Part shown: one piece after another, positions 15,055 to 31,145 of the stretch
How positions within the stretch are numbered: the first letter of the stretch is position 1
Layout of the letters: every line of letters starts with the position of its first letter
Assembly (NCBI GenBank): GCA_002104945.1
Contig: MCFH01000005.1
Location: 682,001 to 746,000 of the forward strand
Source of the DNA: Piromyces finnis finn
Lineage: Eukaryota > Fungi > Neocallimastigomycota
DNA: 64,000 nt
Reading direction: 5' to 3'
Position numbers and translations under genes: made by a program
Notes under the pieces: generated by a model
Database searches by the model: none
What the model saw: only the letters and a program-made list of their open reading frames with translations
What the model was told of the DNA's origin: nothing

Positions 15055-18000
15055 TGGTGTAAAATTTCGAATATTAATTGACTTTATTAATATGTTAAAA
15101 TTTATATTCTTTGTTAATATTTTGATAATATTATTTTATAATATTTAATATATATCATATATATAGTTAAGTTTTACTTTTATATTATATAATTATATAG
15201 TAAAAAAAGATATTTAATAAACTTGGGCTGGACTAAACATTATAATATTAAATATATATATATATATATATACTTTTACTGCTATATTGTTTTTTATTTT
15301 ATTTATTCCTTATTAAACTTTTTTTCTAATGTTCAAAAAAAAAAAAAAAAAAGGAAAAGTTGAGGTAATTTACTTCTTTTTATACTATAATTATTGAAAA
15401 ATAATCAAACCTCTAATTTAAAAAATTAATCCAAAAATAGAATTTTTTAATATTTATTAAAAATTCAAATAAAATATAGTCTTTATCAATTTGAATTATT
15501 TTAAATTTTATAATAAAACTTTTCTAGTATACTAGAAAAAATGAATTAGTCTCAATGAAATTTTAGACATATATCGCTTTATAATAAATAATAATGATAA
15601 TAAACCTTCTTATTCCATTATTCAAAAAAAGGTATATTATATAAAAATAAAAATGAAAAAGTTAATTATTAAATGCATTGACTATAAGGACTCATTTTTA
15701 TCTATTATAATAATATATGTAAATATTCATTTTTAATATATTGTAATATATGTGGAAAATCAAGACGACATTAAAATTAAAGATTAAATGACAGAAAAAT
15801 CTGATTATTTTATTGGATATAATTTAATTAAAGATTTCAAATATAAATAATAAAATGAATTATTCAACAAAAAATTAATAAACACACAAACTATATAAAA
15901 TATAGATAATATAGATGTTTTTCTTTTAATAATTATTTAATTATTTTTATTTATTATATTATTATAATATTATAACTATTATATATATATAGCATCAATG
16001 GTTTACTTATGAATATATTTATTTAATATTATATAATTATGTTGAAATACTATAAATAAACATTAAAAATATAAGAATAAAAAAATAAAGAGTATATAAA
16101 TGAAACTGTATTAATTTTACAATTTGACAAAATATAATTTTTTCAAATACTTTGTTTTTTTTTCTAATAAAGATTTTGATACATTAACATTAATAGATGA
16201 TTTTTATATAGTTTTTAAAACAACTTTCTAACTTTTATATTATTTTCAAAAGACTTAGTATTTTAATAAAACTATATAATTAGAGATAGTCTCTACCTTT
16301 GTTTTCTATTTTTATTCTTTCAAATACTTATGTATTATGCCAAACAAAGCCAACTGAATAAATTAATTTATTAGTTTTTAAAATTCTATATAGTGCTTAA
16401 ATAATTATAGATATGGTTGTTTTGGAATTAAATGTTACTTTATATAGAAATAAAAATCATAGAAATTGTTGATATTAATAAATTAACTATTTTTACTAAT
16501 GTGTTTTATTATAAAAATATTGTATTATAACTATTAGTATAATCAAAATAATTTAATATAATATTACTTTAACTAATAGAAAATAAAGCAATAATTATTT
16601 TAACAACCCTCTGGTGGCAAAGTTATAGAAAGGATTATTATTTTATTGAATAAGTTCTTTTCTTGTTCAATATCGTAGTTTTAATATCATTTATACTAAT
16701 TATTATGAAATAAAATAAAATATTGTATATATATTAATAATATTATTCATTTTTACTATATTAAATTCATTTCCATTAATTGAATATACAATTTAATTAA
16801 AAATGAAAAGAAAAAAAAAATCATTTATTTACATCCTATAATATTACATTTAAAATAAAATAAATAGATTAAACTATTATATAAAGTAAAAAAAAAAAAA
16901 AAAAAAAAAAATATCACCTCTTTTAAGAATTAATAAGAATTTTTAGAGAAAAATTATAATATAATCATATTTAGATAAATAAAGTATTTCTAAAATAATT
17001 CAACCATATAGGAAAAGTCATTAATAATACCAAAAAAAAAAAAAAAAAAAAAAAACATCTAAAATAGAAGAGAATAAAGGATCAATTAACAAAAATAATA
17101 TTATTTACTTTATAACTTCATTATTTTATTATATAAATTGATATAAATAAAAAACCTAGAAAAAAACTTTATTAAATAATAATATAAAAAAAAGGCATTA
17201 CATTTCTTTTTTAAAATCATTTATTTATAAAGTAAATATTAATTATACTAATTAAATAAATATCTATATTAATGAAATTTTCTATTCTCTTAATAACTTT
17301 TTTAATATTGAAAATTATAAATATCAAAAGTATTCATAATGTTTTTATACAATAGACCAAAATCTATTAAAATACTTCATTTTTCAATAATATTCAATGC
17401 TCATTATAACATTTAAATAGACAATAATAACAACAAAATAATAATACATACTAGTATGATTGATAATTATTTTACTGGGTAAATATAATTATAAATTTTG
17501 TCTCCAGATAATTTTCGAAATTACCTATTCAAAATCTACCTACAAATTAATAAATAACACTAACTATGTAAAAATAAATGTGTGCATGTGATTAGATATA
17601 TGATTATCAATAGATTTATTTATAGTCATAAATTTAATTTATATTATGAAAATTAATATGTAACATTTTAAAGAAAAATATATAAATTTAGATTTTTAAA
17701 AAATCATATTTTTAACATTATTATAAAGAGTTAAATATAGAAAAGTAAAAGGAAAAATAAAACACTTTATATTTTAATACCAAACATAAAATCTCCTTTA
17801 TAATAAATTAATATTTTTCTTTTTCTATTTAGAAAAGTATTTTATTATTAATAAATTTTGTTAATAGAATTTTTGATTGTATGTAATAATTAGTAAATTT
17901 TAAAAATACGCTTAATGTTTTTTTAATTTTAAATTTTATGTTTCTTACAATCTAGTTTATTTTATTTTATTTTTTTTCTTTTATTTTTTAAAATAAATTA

Positions 18001-18244
18001 TAATAATGATAAAAATAAAATAAAATATAAATAAGAAATTTATTTTATATATATTCATATTTCCATTTAATTATTTAATTGAATTAAAATACCAATTTTG
18101 TATTAATAAATTTTTTTTCAATAGTAAATACTATCCTTTTCTTTTTTATTATTTAACTATAAATATATTATTATTAATATTATTTTAGTTGCTCTTTTTT
18201 TGTTTTTATATATTTCCAAAAATTTTTTAATTTATTAATAGAAG

Positions 18245-20835
<2,591 letters not shown>

Positions 20836-21043
20836 TTTTGTAAAACATTTTCAATACTAAATAGTTAATTTTCAAATATATATATATATAATTTAATAGT
20901 TTGTTTTTTTTTTGTTTTTTTTTTCTTTTTCTTTTTGTTTTTTTTTATTATTTATTAGAAAATATACTTCATTACCATATTTTTATTATTATTATTATTA
21001 TTCTTTTTAATTATTTGAAATATAAGCATAATAAATCTATATC

Positions 21044-21085
<42 letters not shown>

Positions 21086-21669
21086 AAATTTTATATTAAA
21101 AAGTTTTATATATAAACTAATATTTATATAGACTTTTTGTTAAGTATTATTAATATTTATAAATAATTATTTTTTTTAATTATTATTATTTTTTATAAAA
21201 GTGGTGGGGTTGTTTTAATTGTTAATTGTTTCAATATCATAAATTTGGGATACAATAAAATTTCCATTATATTTTTAATTAATTAAAATTTAAATATAAC
21301 ATGTAAAATACATCAAAATTTAAAACTTTTTATTATTTGTTAAAAATCAATTTATCATTTAATTAGTAAAAATATAAAGAATATTATTTTTTATTTTTTT
21401 TTTTTTTTTACTTTCAATTAAATAACTTAAATAAGAATACTTTTGTATATAGAAATATGTTTTTTTTATTTATTTATTACTTATATATTGAATTGATATA
21501 TTAAATTATTGTTATAAATAATATTATCTTTAAAAAAAAAAAAATAATAATAAATAAACATTGATTATCAATTTATATGAAAATATATTATTATACATAT
21601 TATTTATGCATGATTCTTCCTTTTTCTTTAAAAAAAAAAAGGATAGCAGCAATTTTAAATCACAATATA

Positions 21670-21720
<51 letters not shown>

Positions 21721-21775
21721 GGAAACTCAAAAAAAATTAATGCAAAAAAAAAAAAGTATGGAAGTTTCATTTCAA

Positions 21776-22680
21776 GGATGACAAATATTTAAATACATTA
21801 TTAAACAACAATATTACGAATATTCTTATTAAGTATCTTGAATATTATATAACATCAACTACACCTAATATTATAAATTATGCAATTCTAATCATAAGAA
21901 CAATTGGTAGTATTTGTTCAAGTTCACTTGATAAAGGAACTGAACTCTTATTAAAAGAAAAAAAAACTTTTTAAAGTTTAATGCTTTGCAGTATATAATC
22001 CACTTCAAGAATTATTAAAAAAGAATCATTATGGGCTTTAAAGGGTTTAACAGCAGGTTACAGATAATATAATAAATGTTTAAATTAAATAATATATATA
22101 TATATATTATTTATTTATTATGTTTATGGTAACTAGAAGTTGATAATGTTATAAATGCAAATTTCATTCCATATTTATTTAAGATTTTACAAACAGAAAT
22201 ATTTGATATTAAAAAAAAAAAAAAAGGTATGCAGTTTTTCATACTTACGTTTTTGTTTTAGCATATTTTTATTTAAAAAAAAACTATTAATCAGAAATAT
22301 TTACTTTAAATATTTTGATAGTGATAAGACTGTATATTGTATATTAAATTTTTGTACCAGATCAAAAGAATATACAACTAAATTTCCAGAAGAAGAATTA
22401 TTACAAATTACAAATATTTACAATCATTGTTAAAAATACTCAGGATATTGAACTTGTACAATTAGGAATAAAGTTTATTGCTTGGGAATTAGATATTAAT
22501 AAGGAGATAATAAAATGCATATATGAATATATTTTAATATTTCTAAACATATGTCTAATTTAAAAATTTAAAGCTTTTTATAAAAAATGAAAAAGCAATT
22601 ATTGATGCTCTTGAATCAATTCCTGTAAAATTTTATGAAAAATATCAAACAAATGGCCTCTTCAGTTTTAGACACATATT
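21776..22680 (+). pseudogene. Decayed importin-alpha-like ARM-repeat fragment
   Basis: Fragments IIRTIGSICSSS, IIKKESLWALKGLTAG and VDNVINANFIPYLFKILQTEIFDIKK resemble importin-alpha ARM7-9 (LR.IGNI, KEACW.ISNITAG, VI.AN.IP.L..LL). At least two frameshifts/stops lie at ~21960-22020, and no N-terminal half was found. Confidence 0.5.
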
Positions 22681-23330
22681 GGGGTGACAACGAAATTATA
22701 TAATTAATTACATTCACTGTTCATTAAAAAATTAAAATACTTATCTATGACTCTATATAAATATTTTTTTATCTCAATAATACTTTATTTAAAAAAAAAT
22801 AAATATTTTTTTAATTCTTTAAAAAAAAAAAAGATTTTATAATTAATCATTTCAATAAAAGAAACTCCTTTTTGTCTATAAGAATATATAAAGTACATAT
22901 AAAAATTTGAAATATATATATTGTTATTTAATACTGGATATAATATATTAAAGTATTAATAGTTCTTTGAGAAGTCATTACTAATATGTTATTAATATAT
23001 TTTAATTTTGGTTATTGCATATTATTAATTCCTTCAAGTAATTACTCCAAATAGTTATAGGTATAAATATCTCAATATTATTTCAATTTTCATATTATAG
23101 TACTATAATAAAACAATAAAACATTGGTATTTGGTATTTAATTTACCCAATCAGAATGAAAAGAGAATTAATAAAAATAAAAAAAATTTTAAAAAAAATT
23201 TTCTTCCTTTTTATAAAAAATATTAAATTATAAAAGTAAGAAGTAAATAATGTATTTATAAAAGTACTATTTCTTTAAAAATAAGAATTATAAATGCAAT
23301 GAATTGAAAGTGAATTAATAAATTTTATAA

Positions 23331-23430
23331 TAAAATGATGAATTCGATAATATTTGCACGTCAGTCAGATAGAAATAATCTTAATGGTTATTTTTATAAT
23401 GAAGATGATTATCCGAATTAACTGATTTTA
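23331..23430 (+). ncRNA. snR72: Box C/D snoRNA, snR72-like (guide for LSU rRNA 2'-O-methyl-A equivalent to yeast Am876)
   Basis: C box ATGATGA at 23335-23341, D box CTGA at 23422-23425, terminal stem taaaa/tttta. The 13-nt guide ATTTGCACGTCAG (23352-23364) is perfectly complementary to the conserved LSU sequence CUGACGUGCAAAU and is followed by the D'-like CAGA at 23366-23369. The +5 rule lands on the A of CUGAC. Confidence 0.8.
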
Positions 23431-23664
23431 TAAAATTTATTAAATATAAAAATTGTATAAATAATAATACTCCTTTTTAATAATCAATATAAAAAAGGTA
23501 ATATTATTATTAAAATGAAAAATATATATATATTAATAAAAACATAAGGAAATTCTAGGATTTATTTTAATAAAAATATTTATATAAAAGTTGTGTTAAT
23601 ACGAATGATAGTGTTATTATTATAATGGTTTTATATATATTAAATGTATTTTATTTTATAAAGT

Positions 23665-23745
23665 AAGAATGATGAATAATTAAAAAAGTATTATTTCATA
23701 AGCTTAAAGTTGATGAAAGTTATATCCGTCCTTATTCTGAAAAAA
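23665..23745 (+). ncRNA. Candidate orphan box C/D snoRNA
   Basis: C box ATGATGA at 23669-23675, internal C'-like TTGATGA at ~23710, D box CTGA at 23737-23740 preceded by the GC-enriched stretch TATCCGTCCTTATT. No convincing rRNA target recalled and no terminal stem. Confidence 0.35.
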
Positions 23746-26476
23746 GAAAATTATATAAAATAAAATATAATTTTTTTAGCTTTTTTTTTTTAATATTTAA
23801 GCAAATTAATATAAAAAAGAATTCTTTTTAAAAAGTTCTTATGGCTGTCTATTTCTATCATTATTTATAAATCTGTTTGTCTTTTATTAAATATTATTGG
23901 CGTTTTTTTTTTTTTTTCATCACTAAAAATTTAATTTATTTTTGAGATAAGAAAAATGATGATTCTCTTGATTTTCAAGCATTAATATAATTTTTAATAT
24001 TTTTACATGCCGTTTAATATTAATTTTTATATTATGGAGGAGAATAAATTAAAAGTACGAAAAGAAGCAATATTTTGAATATCATTTTGAATTAGACATC
24101 ATAATTCTTTACTTTATTTGTTTAAAAATCTTTTTTAATAAAATCAGGTAAATTGCATATAAAAGTTTAATATTAAAATGGATACAAAATAAATATTTTA
24201 TAATGTTTTTTTATAACTAATTAATTAAACTCTTAACTTTTAACCTACATCTATTTCTTCTAATATTAAAAAAAAAAAAACTACACATAAAGATAATTAT
24301 TTCATCATTGTTTCCTCATACCCAATGTTACTTGTTGTTGTTGTTGTTATTAATACCTATTTTTATAAAACTATATCTTATTCATTTAAAGTTTATTATT
24401 ATTCAATAAAGATTCTTTTTAATAAAATTGTTCCTTAATCTAGAAAAACATACTAATTATTATCATTTTAATTTTATTAAATCTACTAAAATATAAATTA
24501 TTGACACTTTTTTAATGCTATAATTTTCGGTAAAAATAATTATAATATTTATTGTATTAATATTTGATAAGGAGAAAAAAAAATATATTATATTTTAATA
24601 TCTAGATAGAACTTAAATATAAATGCATTTTTTTATAATTTTTTAATACTTTTTTAAATTATATAGAATTCATTATAATTAACTTTTTAGCATTTTAAGA
24701 TTTAATAGTTTGTATAAAATTTTAAAAATAATAATAACAACCTTTGGTAAATAAATATATAATAAAAAAATTTACATTAATTTATTATTATTATAAACTA
24801 AAAATATATACAAAATGACATGTTTTATCTCACTGTTTAAAAAAAAAAAAAAAAAAAAAAAACTAGAAGGAATGTATATAATTAAAACCATAGTAAGTAA
24901 TATTGAAATAATATTACTACCAGATATAATCTGACTAAACATTAAATTAGTTTTTTTTTTTTTTTTTTTTTTTTTTTCAATATTATTAATCATTTGCATT
25001 TATATCATATTTACTTTAAATATTTTTTATAGTTTTAATGATTATAATTAAGATTTATTAATGATAAATTATAATTGTTTACATTTATAATTTCTCAAAT
25101 TCCTATAAATGTATTCATTTTCTTTTTCCTTTATATATAGTTATAGTATTGTTATCCATATTAGTATTATTTATTTTATAGTATTCTATTCATTAATTTA
25201 ATTCTTAATTCTCAATAAAATCTTATTTTTAATAAATTTTTGTTTTTTTCAATAAAAATAACTTCATATTATTTATTTATATAAACTTATTTATTTTTAT
25301 AGCAATATATGAATTTATATATTATAACATTAGTGATTTATTATATATATTCTATATTAGTTTTTTAAAAAAATAAAAAAATAAAGCATAATTAATTTAA
25401 TTATATAAAATTTTATATTTTTTTTAAGTATACCTTTTTTTTTTTTTTTAATAATAATAATAAAAGAAAAGTTATCAATTGTAGAATCAATTGATTAAAT
25501 TGATTATTATTGAAAAATTAACGAAATTCATAACTTTAGTTATATTAAATAAAAATCAATATAACTAATGTTTATCAATTTAAAATAATTATTTATTTAA
25601 AAAGTAAATATCATTTGTATTTTATTTATATGAATCTAAGAGAATATAATACCAAAAAAACTATATAGTAAATTTAACTTCACAAAGAAATAAAATAATA
25701 ATAAAAAAAGAGAGAATACTAAAATGGAAACTATAATAGTTAACAAACAAAAAATATATATATGAAGACATTTTACTTGAAAGATATCTTATAAAATAAA
25801 TTTATATTTATAAAATATCAATATTTCTTACAAATTTATTACATAAATAATTCCTCGAATAAAAATTTATTAATTTCAACACTTTATTATAATATGAATA
25901 AATATGATTATACCTTTATATATATATATATTAAACTAAAAAAAAAGAGTTGATATCTTTTATTATATATATTATAATTATTAATTACTATTAACAAATA
26001 AGTCAACACAACAAAAGAAAAAGTTAAATTTTATGTTTATTAATGTTACATCCATTTATTTAATTATACTATTAAAAAATCAATAAGCATAGATATTAAA
26101 TAATATAGAATTTATTCACAACAGTATTTTTAAATAATAAATAAGCTATTATATAAATATTATAATTGCAATTTCAATATCTAAAAATTAATATAAAATA
26201 TAGAATTTTATTATTTATTAGTGATAACATGGAACAACACTAGCAAAAAAAAAAAAAAAAAAAAAAAGGAGGGAAACACATTATATATTTATAAAATCAA
26301 TATTTGTTATAATGAAAAACCTTTTTATTATTATTATTCATACAATAATCATAATAATAGTAGTAGTAGTAATTCATATAATAAACTTGGTATATTTTTC
26401 ATTAATATATAATAAATCTTTAAATAAAAGCACAATATAATTTAAACAAAATACTCTTTATACTAAAATATAGCTA

Positions 26477-26686
26477 TTTATTTTATTTTATTTTATTTTA
26501 TTTTATTTTATTTTATTTTATTTTATTTTATTTTATTTTATTTTATTTTATTTTATTTTATTTTATTTTATTTTATTTTATTTTATTTTATTTTATTTTA
26601 TTTTATTTTATTTTATTTTATTTTATTTTATTTTATTTTATTTTATTTTATTTTATTTTATTTTATTTTATTTTATTTCATTTTAT
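26477..26686. repeat. (TTTTA)n pentanucleotide array, approx. 40 near-perfect copies, approx. 105 nt upstream of the PAK start
   Basis: Read directly. Confidence 0.95.
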
Positions 26687-26792
26687 TCTTCTTTTCAAAT
26701 GAATAAATTCATTAAATTTATTTTATTAGCTATATTTTGATAGATTGCTTTATTATATACACAATAAAATATAGAAGATAAAAATATAAAGT

Positions 26793-27290
26793 ATGTCTTC
26801 ATACGTCGTTAAACGAGGCTGGGCTCAAATAAAAGAAGAAGGTCTCAAAAGTTTTATCTGGTCAAAACGTTGGCTTTTATTAAGAGAACAAACTTTAACC
26901 TTTCACAGAAATGAGGTATTTAATACTTAATTATTTAAAGAAATAGAATTATATAAAATACAATATTTAGTATTTATTTAAATTTAAAAACTAATGTATT
27001 TCCTTTTTTAAAATATCATTCATAATATTATAATATAAATATATAATAATGTAAATTTTTTTTAAAAAAATAAAGAATACATATCAAGCATTAGCTCTTA
27101 TCTACTTAAGAGAAGTTGAAAATGTTCAGAGAACTGACCACAAGCAATTTTGTTTTGAAATTGTTTCAAAAGGAAAATCTTACTATATTGCATGTAAAAC
27201 TGACGATGAATTATATTCATGGATGGATGAAATTTATCAAGTAATTTAAATAATTAATATTAAAAATATATCGATATATATGAGTGTAGA

Positions 27291-27327
<37 letters not shown>

Positions 27328-27776
27328 TATTATAAAATACTAACTTCGGTATCATTAAAATAATTAAAAAAATATAAAATACAAAATAACAATGATAATG
27401 AAACATAATAAATATTAACACAACGATAATAATAATAATGATGATGATGATAATAATAATAAAGCGTTCTCCATTAATTGGTATTGCTGCACCAACTGAC
27501 TTTGTTCATCAAGTTCATGTTGGTTTTGATCCATTAACTGGTATTTTTACTGTAAGAATTTTTAAATGTTTTTATAAAATTATTATTCAATTCTAAATAT
27601 AATAATGATGATGTCAAAATTCAAATAATTATAAACAATTATTTAAAAAATATTTTTTTATTTATTTAGGGATTACCAAAAGAATGGAAACAACTTTTAG
27701 ATGCATCTAATATTTCAAAGGAAGAAATGTCAAAGAATCCTCAAGTAAAATATTTATAGATAATATATATATATAT

Positions 27777-27811
<35 letters not shown>

Positions 27812-28193
27812 TTATCTTGAAAATATTAATAATACTATATAATATAATTTAATATTAATAATATATTAATTATTATATGTTCTTGATAGGCTGTATTAGA
27901 TGTATTAGAATTCTATACTGATCAACTTAAAGGAAAAGATGAAAATGCATTTAACATGAGTTCATTAAACAATTCTTTAACTCAGGTTGCATCAACTGGT
28001 CGTTTTACACCTCCAAGTTCTGCAAGTTCAAGTATGAATGCATTAAATGGTCGTCCAAGAGATGATGATATGCGTTATCAAAAGAAACCATCAATTTCAT
28101 CAAGTTCTGGTTCAAATTCAATGTTAAAACAAGGATTATCCCCAATGCCTGTAAATAAGATTTGTTTAACTTTGATATATATATATATATATA

Positions 28194-28227
<34 letters not shown>

Positions 28228-28938
28228 AAATAATAAATTTTACTTATTATTAATATTTATATTTAAATTTTTTAATAGCCAAGATCTACACCACCTCAAC
28301 CAAATAGACCACCAGTTGCTCCAAGACCTTCAAACTCCCGTAACACATCACCAAAGGTATTAAATTTTTTATAAAATCGAATTTAAACTAAAAAAAAAAG
28401 TATATTTGTTTGTTCTGTTATTAAATCAATAAATTATAATATTATATATTTCAGAGTAGAAGACAATCTGAAAGAAGTTCACCAACTTCATCCCGCCATA
28501 CATCACGTAAATAATATGATTTTATATATATCTTGAGATTTTTCGTTCACTAAATTATTATTGTACAATCATATTCAATTTTAATAATTATTTTTCAAAT
28601 ACTTTTTTTAATAAAATAATAAATTTATAGAACGTGATCGTAGTGCTCATAGAGATCGTGAACGTAGTGTTCACAGAGATCGTGAACGTAGCGAACACAG
28701 AGATCGTGAACGTAGTGTTCATAGAGACCGTGAACGTAGCGAACACAGAGATCGTGAACGTAGTGTTCATAGAGACCGCGAACGCAGTGAACACAGAGAC
28801 CGCGAACGCAGTGAACACAGAGATCGTGAACGTAGCGAACACAGAGAACGTGAACGTAGTGAATATAGGGATAGAGAAAGAGATAGAGATAGAGAAAGAG
28901 AAAGAGAGAGAGAAAGAGAAAGAGAAAGAGAAAAGGAA

Positions 28939-28981
<43 letters not shown>

Positions 28982-29949
28982 AGGAAAGAGAAAGAGAAAG
29001 AGAAAAGGAAAAGGAAAAGGAAAAAGCCAAAAAAGAAGCTGCTGCTGCTTCACCTTCTACAACATCACCAACCAAAACTAAGCCAAGTCAACCTACTCCA
29101 GCTCGTCCAGCCCAAAATAATCAAGGAAATGCAGTTGTCAAAAAGAAGAAGGAACCAAGACTTTCAACATTATCTGAAGCTCAAATTATGGAAAAACTTA
29201 GTATGTTTAAAATTTGTTTTATTTATTTGTTATATTATATATTTATAATTTATAGCAGATTAAAAAGGAAACATAGGTATCTCTAAATAATACTTAAATT
29301 TAAATTAATACAGGAAGCGTTGTTTCAAAAGGTGATCCAACATTAATGTATTCTAAAGTTAAAAAAGTTGGACAAGGGTTAGTAAAAAATAATAATATTT
29401 ATTGATATTAAAAATATAAGATATTCATTATAAGTATATAATAATTCATTAAAATATTATAGTGCTTCTGGTTCCGTATATGTCGCTAGAGATATCAAAA
29501 CTAATCAAACTGTAATAATCATAAATTATATTTATCCTTCCTATTATATAAAATAATAATTTAATAATTATTAAATTTATTAAATCAATTTTTTGTTTTT
29601 TTATACTTTTTTATTATTATTATTATTTTATTTAATTAAAAATACTATAAATAGGTTGCTATTAAACAAATGGATCTTCAACATCAACCAAGAAAGGAAT
29701 TAATTGTAAATGAAATTTTAGTTATGAAAGAAAGTCAACATCCAAATATTGTTAACTTCTTAGATAGTTTCCTCGTTAAAGGTGAATTATGGGTTGTTAT
29801 GGAATATATGGAAGGTGGACCATTAACAGATGTCATTGATTCAAATCAAAATATGATGAATGAAAAACATATATCTACTGTATGTTTAGAAACTTTAAAG
29901 GGATTACATCACTTACACTGCAGAAATATCATTCATAGAGATATTAAGA

Positions 29950-29983
<34 letters not shown>

Positions 29984-30758
29984 ATATAATTTATATGATA
30001 TAGTTATTCCTTAACTAAACTTTAATGAAATTAAAAAAAATAGTGATAACGTACTATTAGATATTGACGGACATGTTAAAATTAGTAAGTGTTAAATATA
30101 TATTTATAATAATATAGATAATAAAATAAAATAATAAATTTTATATAACTATAACTAAATTGTATATGTTATTAAAAATTAATAGCTGATTTTGGTTTCT
30201 GTGCCAAACTTACTGCTGATAGAGGAAAGAGAGCTACTATGGTCGGTACTCCTTATTGGATGGTAAGTTAAATAATAAGTAAATAAAGAAATATATATAA
30301 TAAAAATATATATATATATATTAAAAATATTATTAAATTAGGCTCCAGAAGTTGTAAAACAAAAGGAATATGGTGCAAAGGTTGATATTTGGTCATTAGG
30401 TATTATGGCTATTGAAATGATTGAAGGTGAACCACCATACTTAGAAGAAGAACCATTAAAGGCTTTATATTTGATTGCTACTAATGGTACTCCAAAATTA
30501 AAGAACCCAGATAAATTATCACCAAGTTTCAAAAACTTCTTAAATAGATGTTTGGAAGTTGATGTTAAAATGAGAGCCACTGCTGAAGAATTGCTACGAG
30601 TAAGTTAACAATGTTTAATAATATAATAATATAAATAAATTACTGAATAGTTTAACTGATACAAATTAAAAAATTTAAATAAATAATAGCACTCATTCCT
30701 TCGTTTAGCCGATTCAATTGATGTATTAAAACCATTGGTTAAACGTACTTTGAAATAG
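26793..30758 (+). CDS. CLA4: p21-activated kinase, Cla4 type (PH-CRIB-kinase)
   Basis: N-terminal PH ([28 protein letters not shown]), CRIB ([16 protein letters not shown]...GLPKEW), kinase motifs [54 protein letters not shown] and [13 protein letters not shown]. An in-frame stop lies just upstream of ATG 26793. Confidence 0.93.
28633..29022 (+). repeat. Coding minisatellite: 10 x 24 nt (RERS[V/E]HRD) followed by an RE/KE dipeptide repeat, inside the PAK gene
   Basis: Units such as cgtgaacgtagtgttcacagagat and cgtgaacgtagcgaacacagagat span 28633-28872, then an AG-rich run follows. The frame is continuous with the upstream exon and with the downstream [16 protein letters not shown]. Confidence 0.9.
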
Positions 30759-31069
30759 AAATAACTCCCCCTTTTTTGTTTTTTGTTTTTTTTTTTTTTT
30801 GCTTGTTTTTATAAAAATAAAAAATAATAATGTAAATTAGTGTTTTTTAATGTTTAAAAAAAAAAAAATTAAAAATTATACAAAGATACATTAATTTATA
30901 CTAGTAACAAATAGTAACAAAGTAATAATTAAATAAACATTAATATTAACAAATAGTAATTTTATAGAAGTATTATCATTAAAAAAAATAAAATAAAATA
31001 AAAAAATAAAATAAAAATAAAAAATAAATAAATAAAAATAATGTCAATTACTTTATTTTCAAATTCAAT

Positions 31070-31078
31070 AATAATAAC

Positions 31079-31144
<66 letters not shown>

Positions 31145-31145
31145 T
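31070..31145. repeat. (AAT)n microsatellite
   Basis: Read directly. Confidence 0.9.

Noticed and set aside
16607-16618. GC island CCCTCTGGTGGC resembling a CTCF motif, or a 9-nt antisense (minus strand) to LSU CUCUGGUGG
   Set aside because: Fungi lack CTCF, there are no flanking C/D boxes, and it is a single occurrence.
23955-24040. Third ATGATGA near the snoRNAs
   Set aside because: No CTGA D box within a plausible distance and no recognisable guide.
22155-26412. Track ORFs 22155..22433, 24772..24999 and 26221..26412
   Set aside because: Built on homopolymer runs with no domain-like content; 22155 only partly overlaps the ARM relic, in a different frame.
28633-28872. Regular 24-nt direct repeats as a possible CRISPR array
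   Set aside because: Repeats are contiguous with no unique spacers, vary at synonymous positions, and lie in frame in a eukaryotic kinase exon.
28588-29248. Track ORFs 28588..28842(-), 28625..29053(-), 28767..29075(-) and 28634..29248(+)
   Set aside because: Alternative-frame or antisense shadows of the coding repeat; the real frame is the one continuous with the PAK exons.
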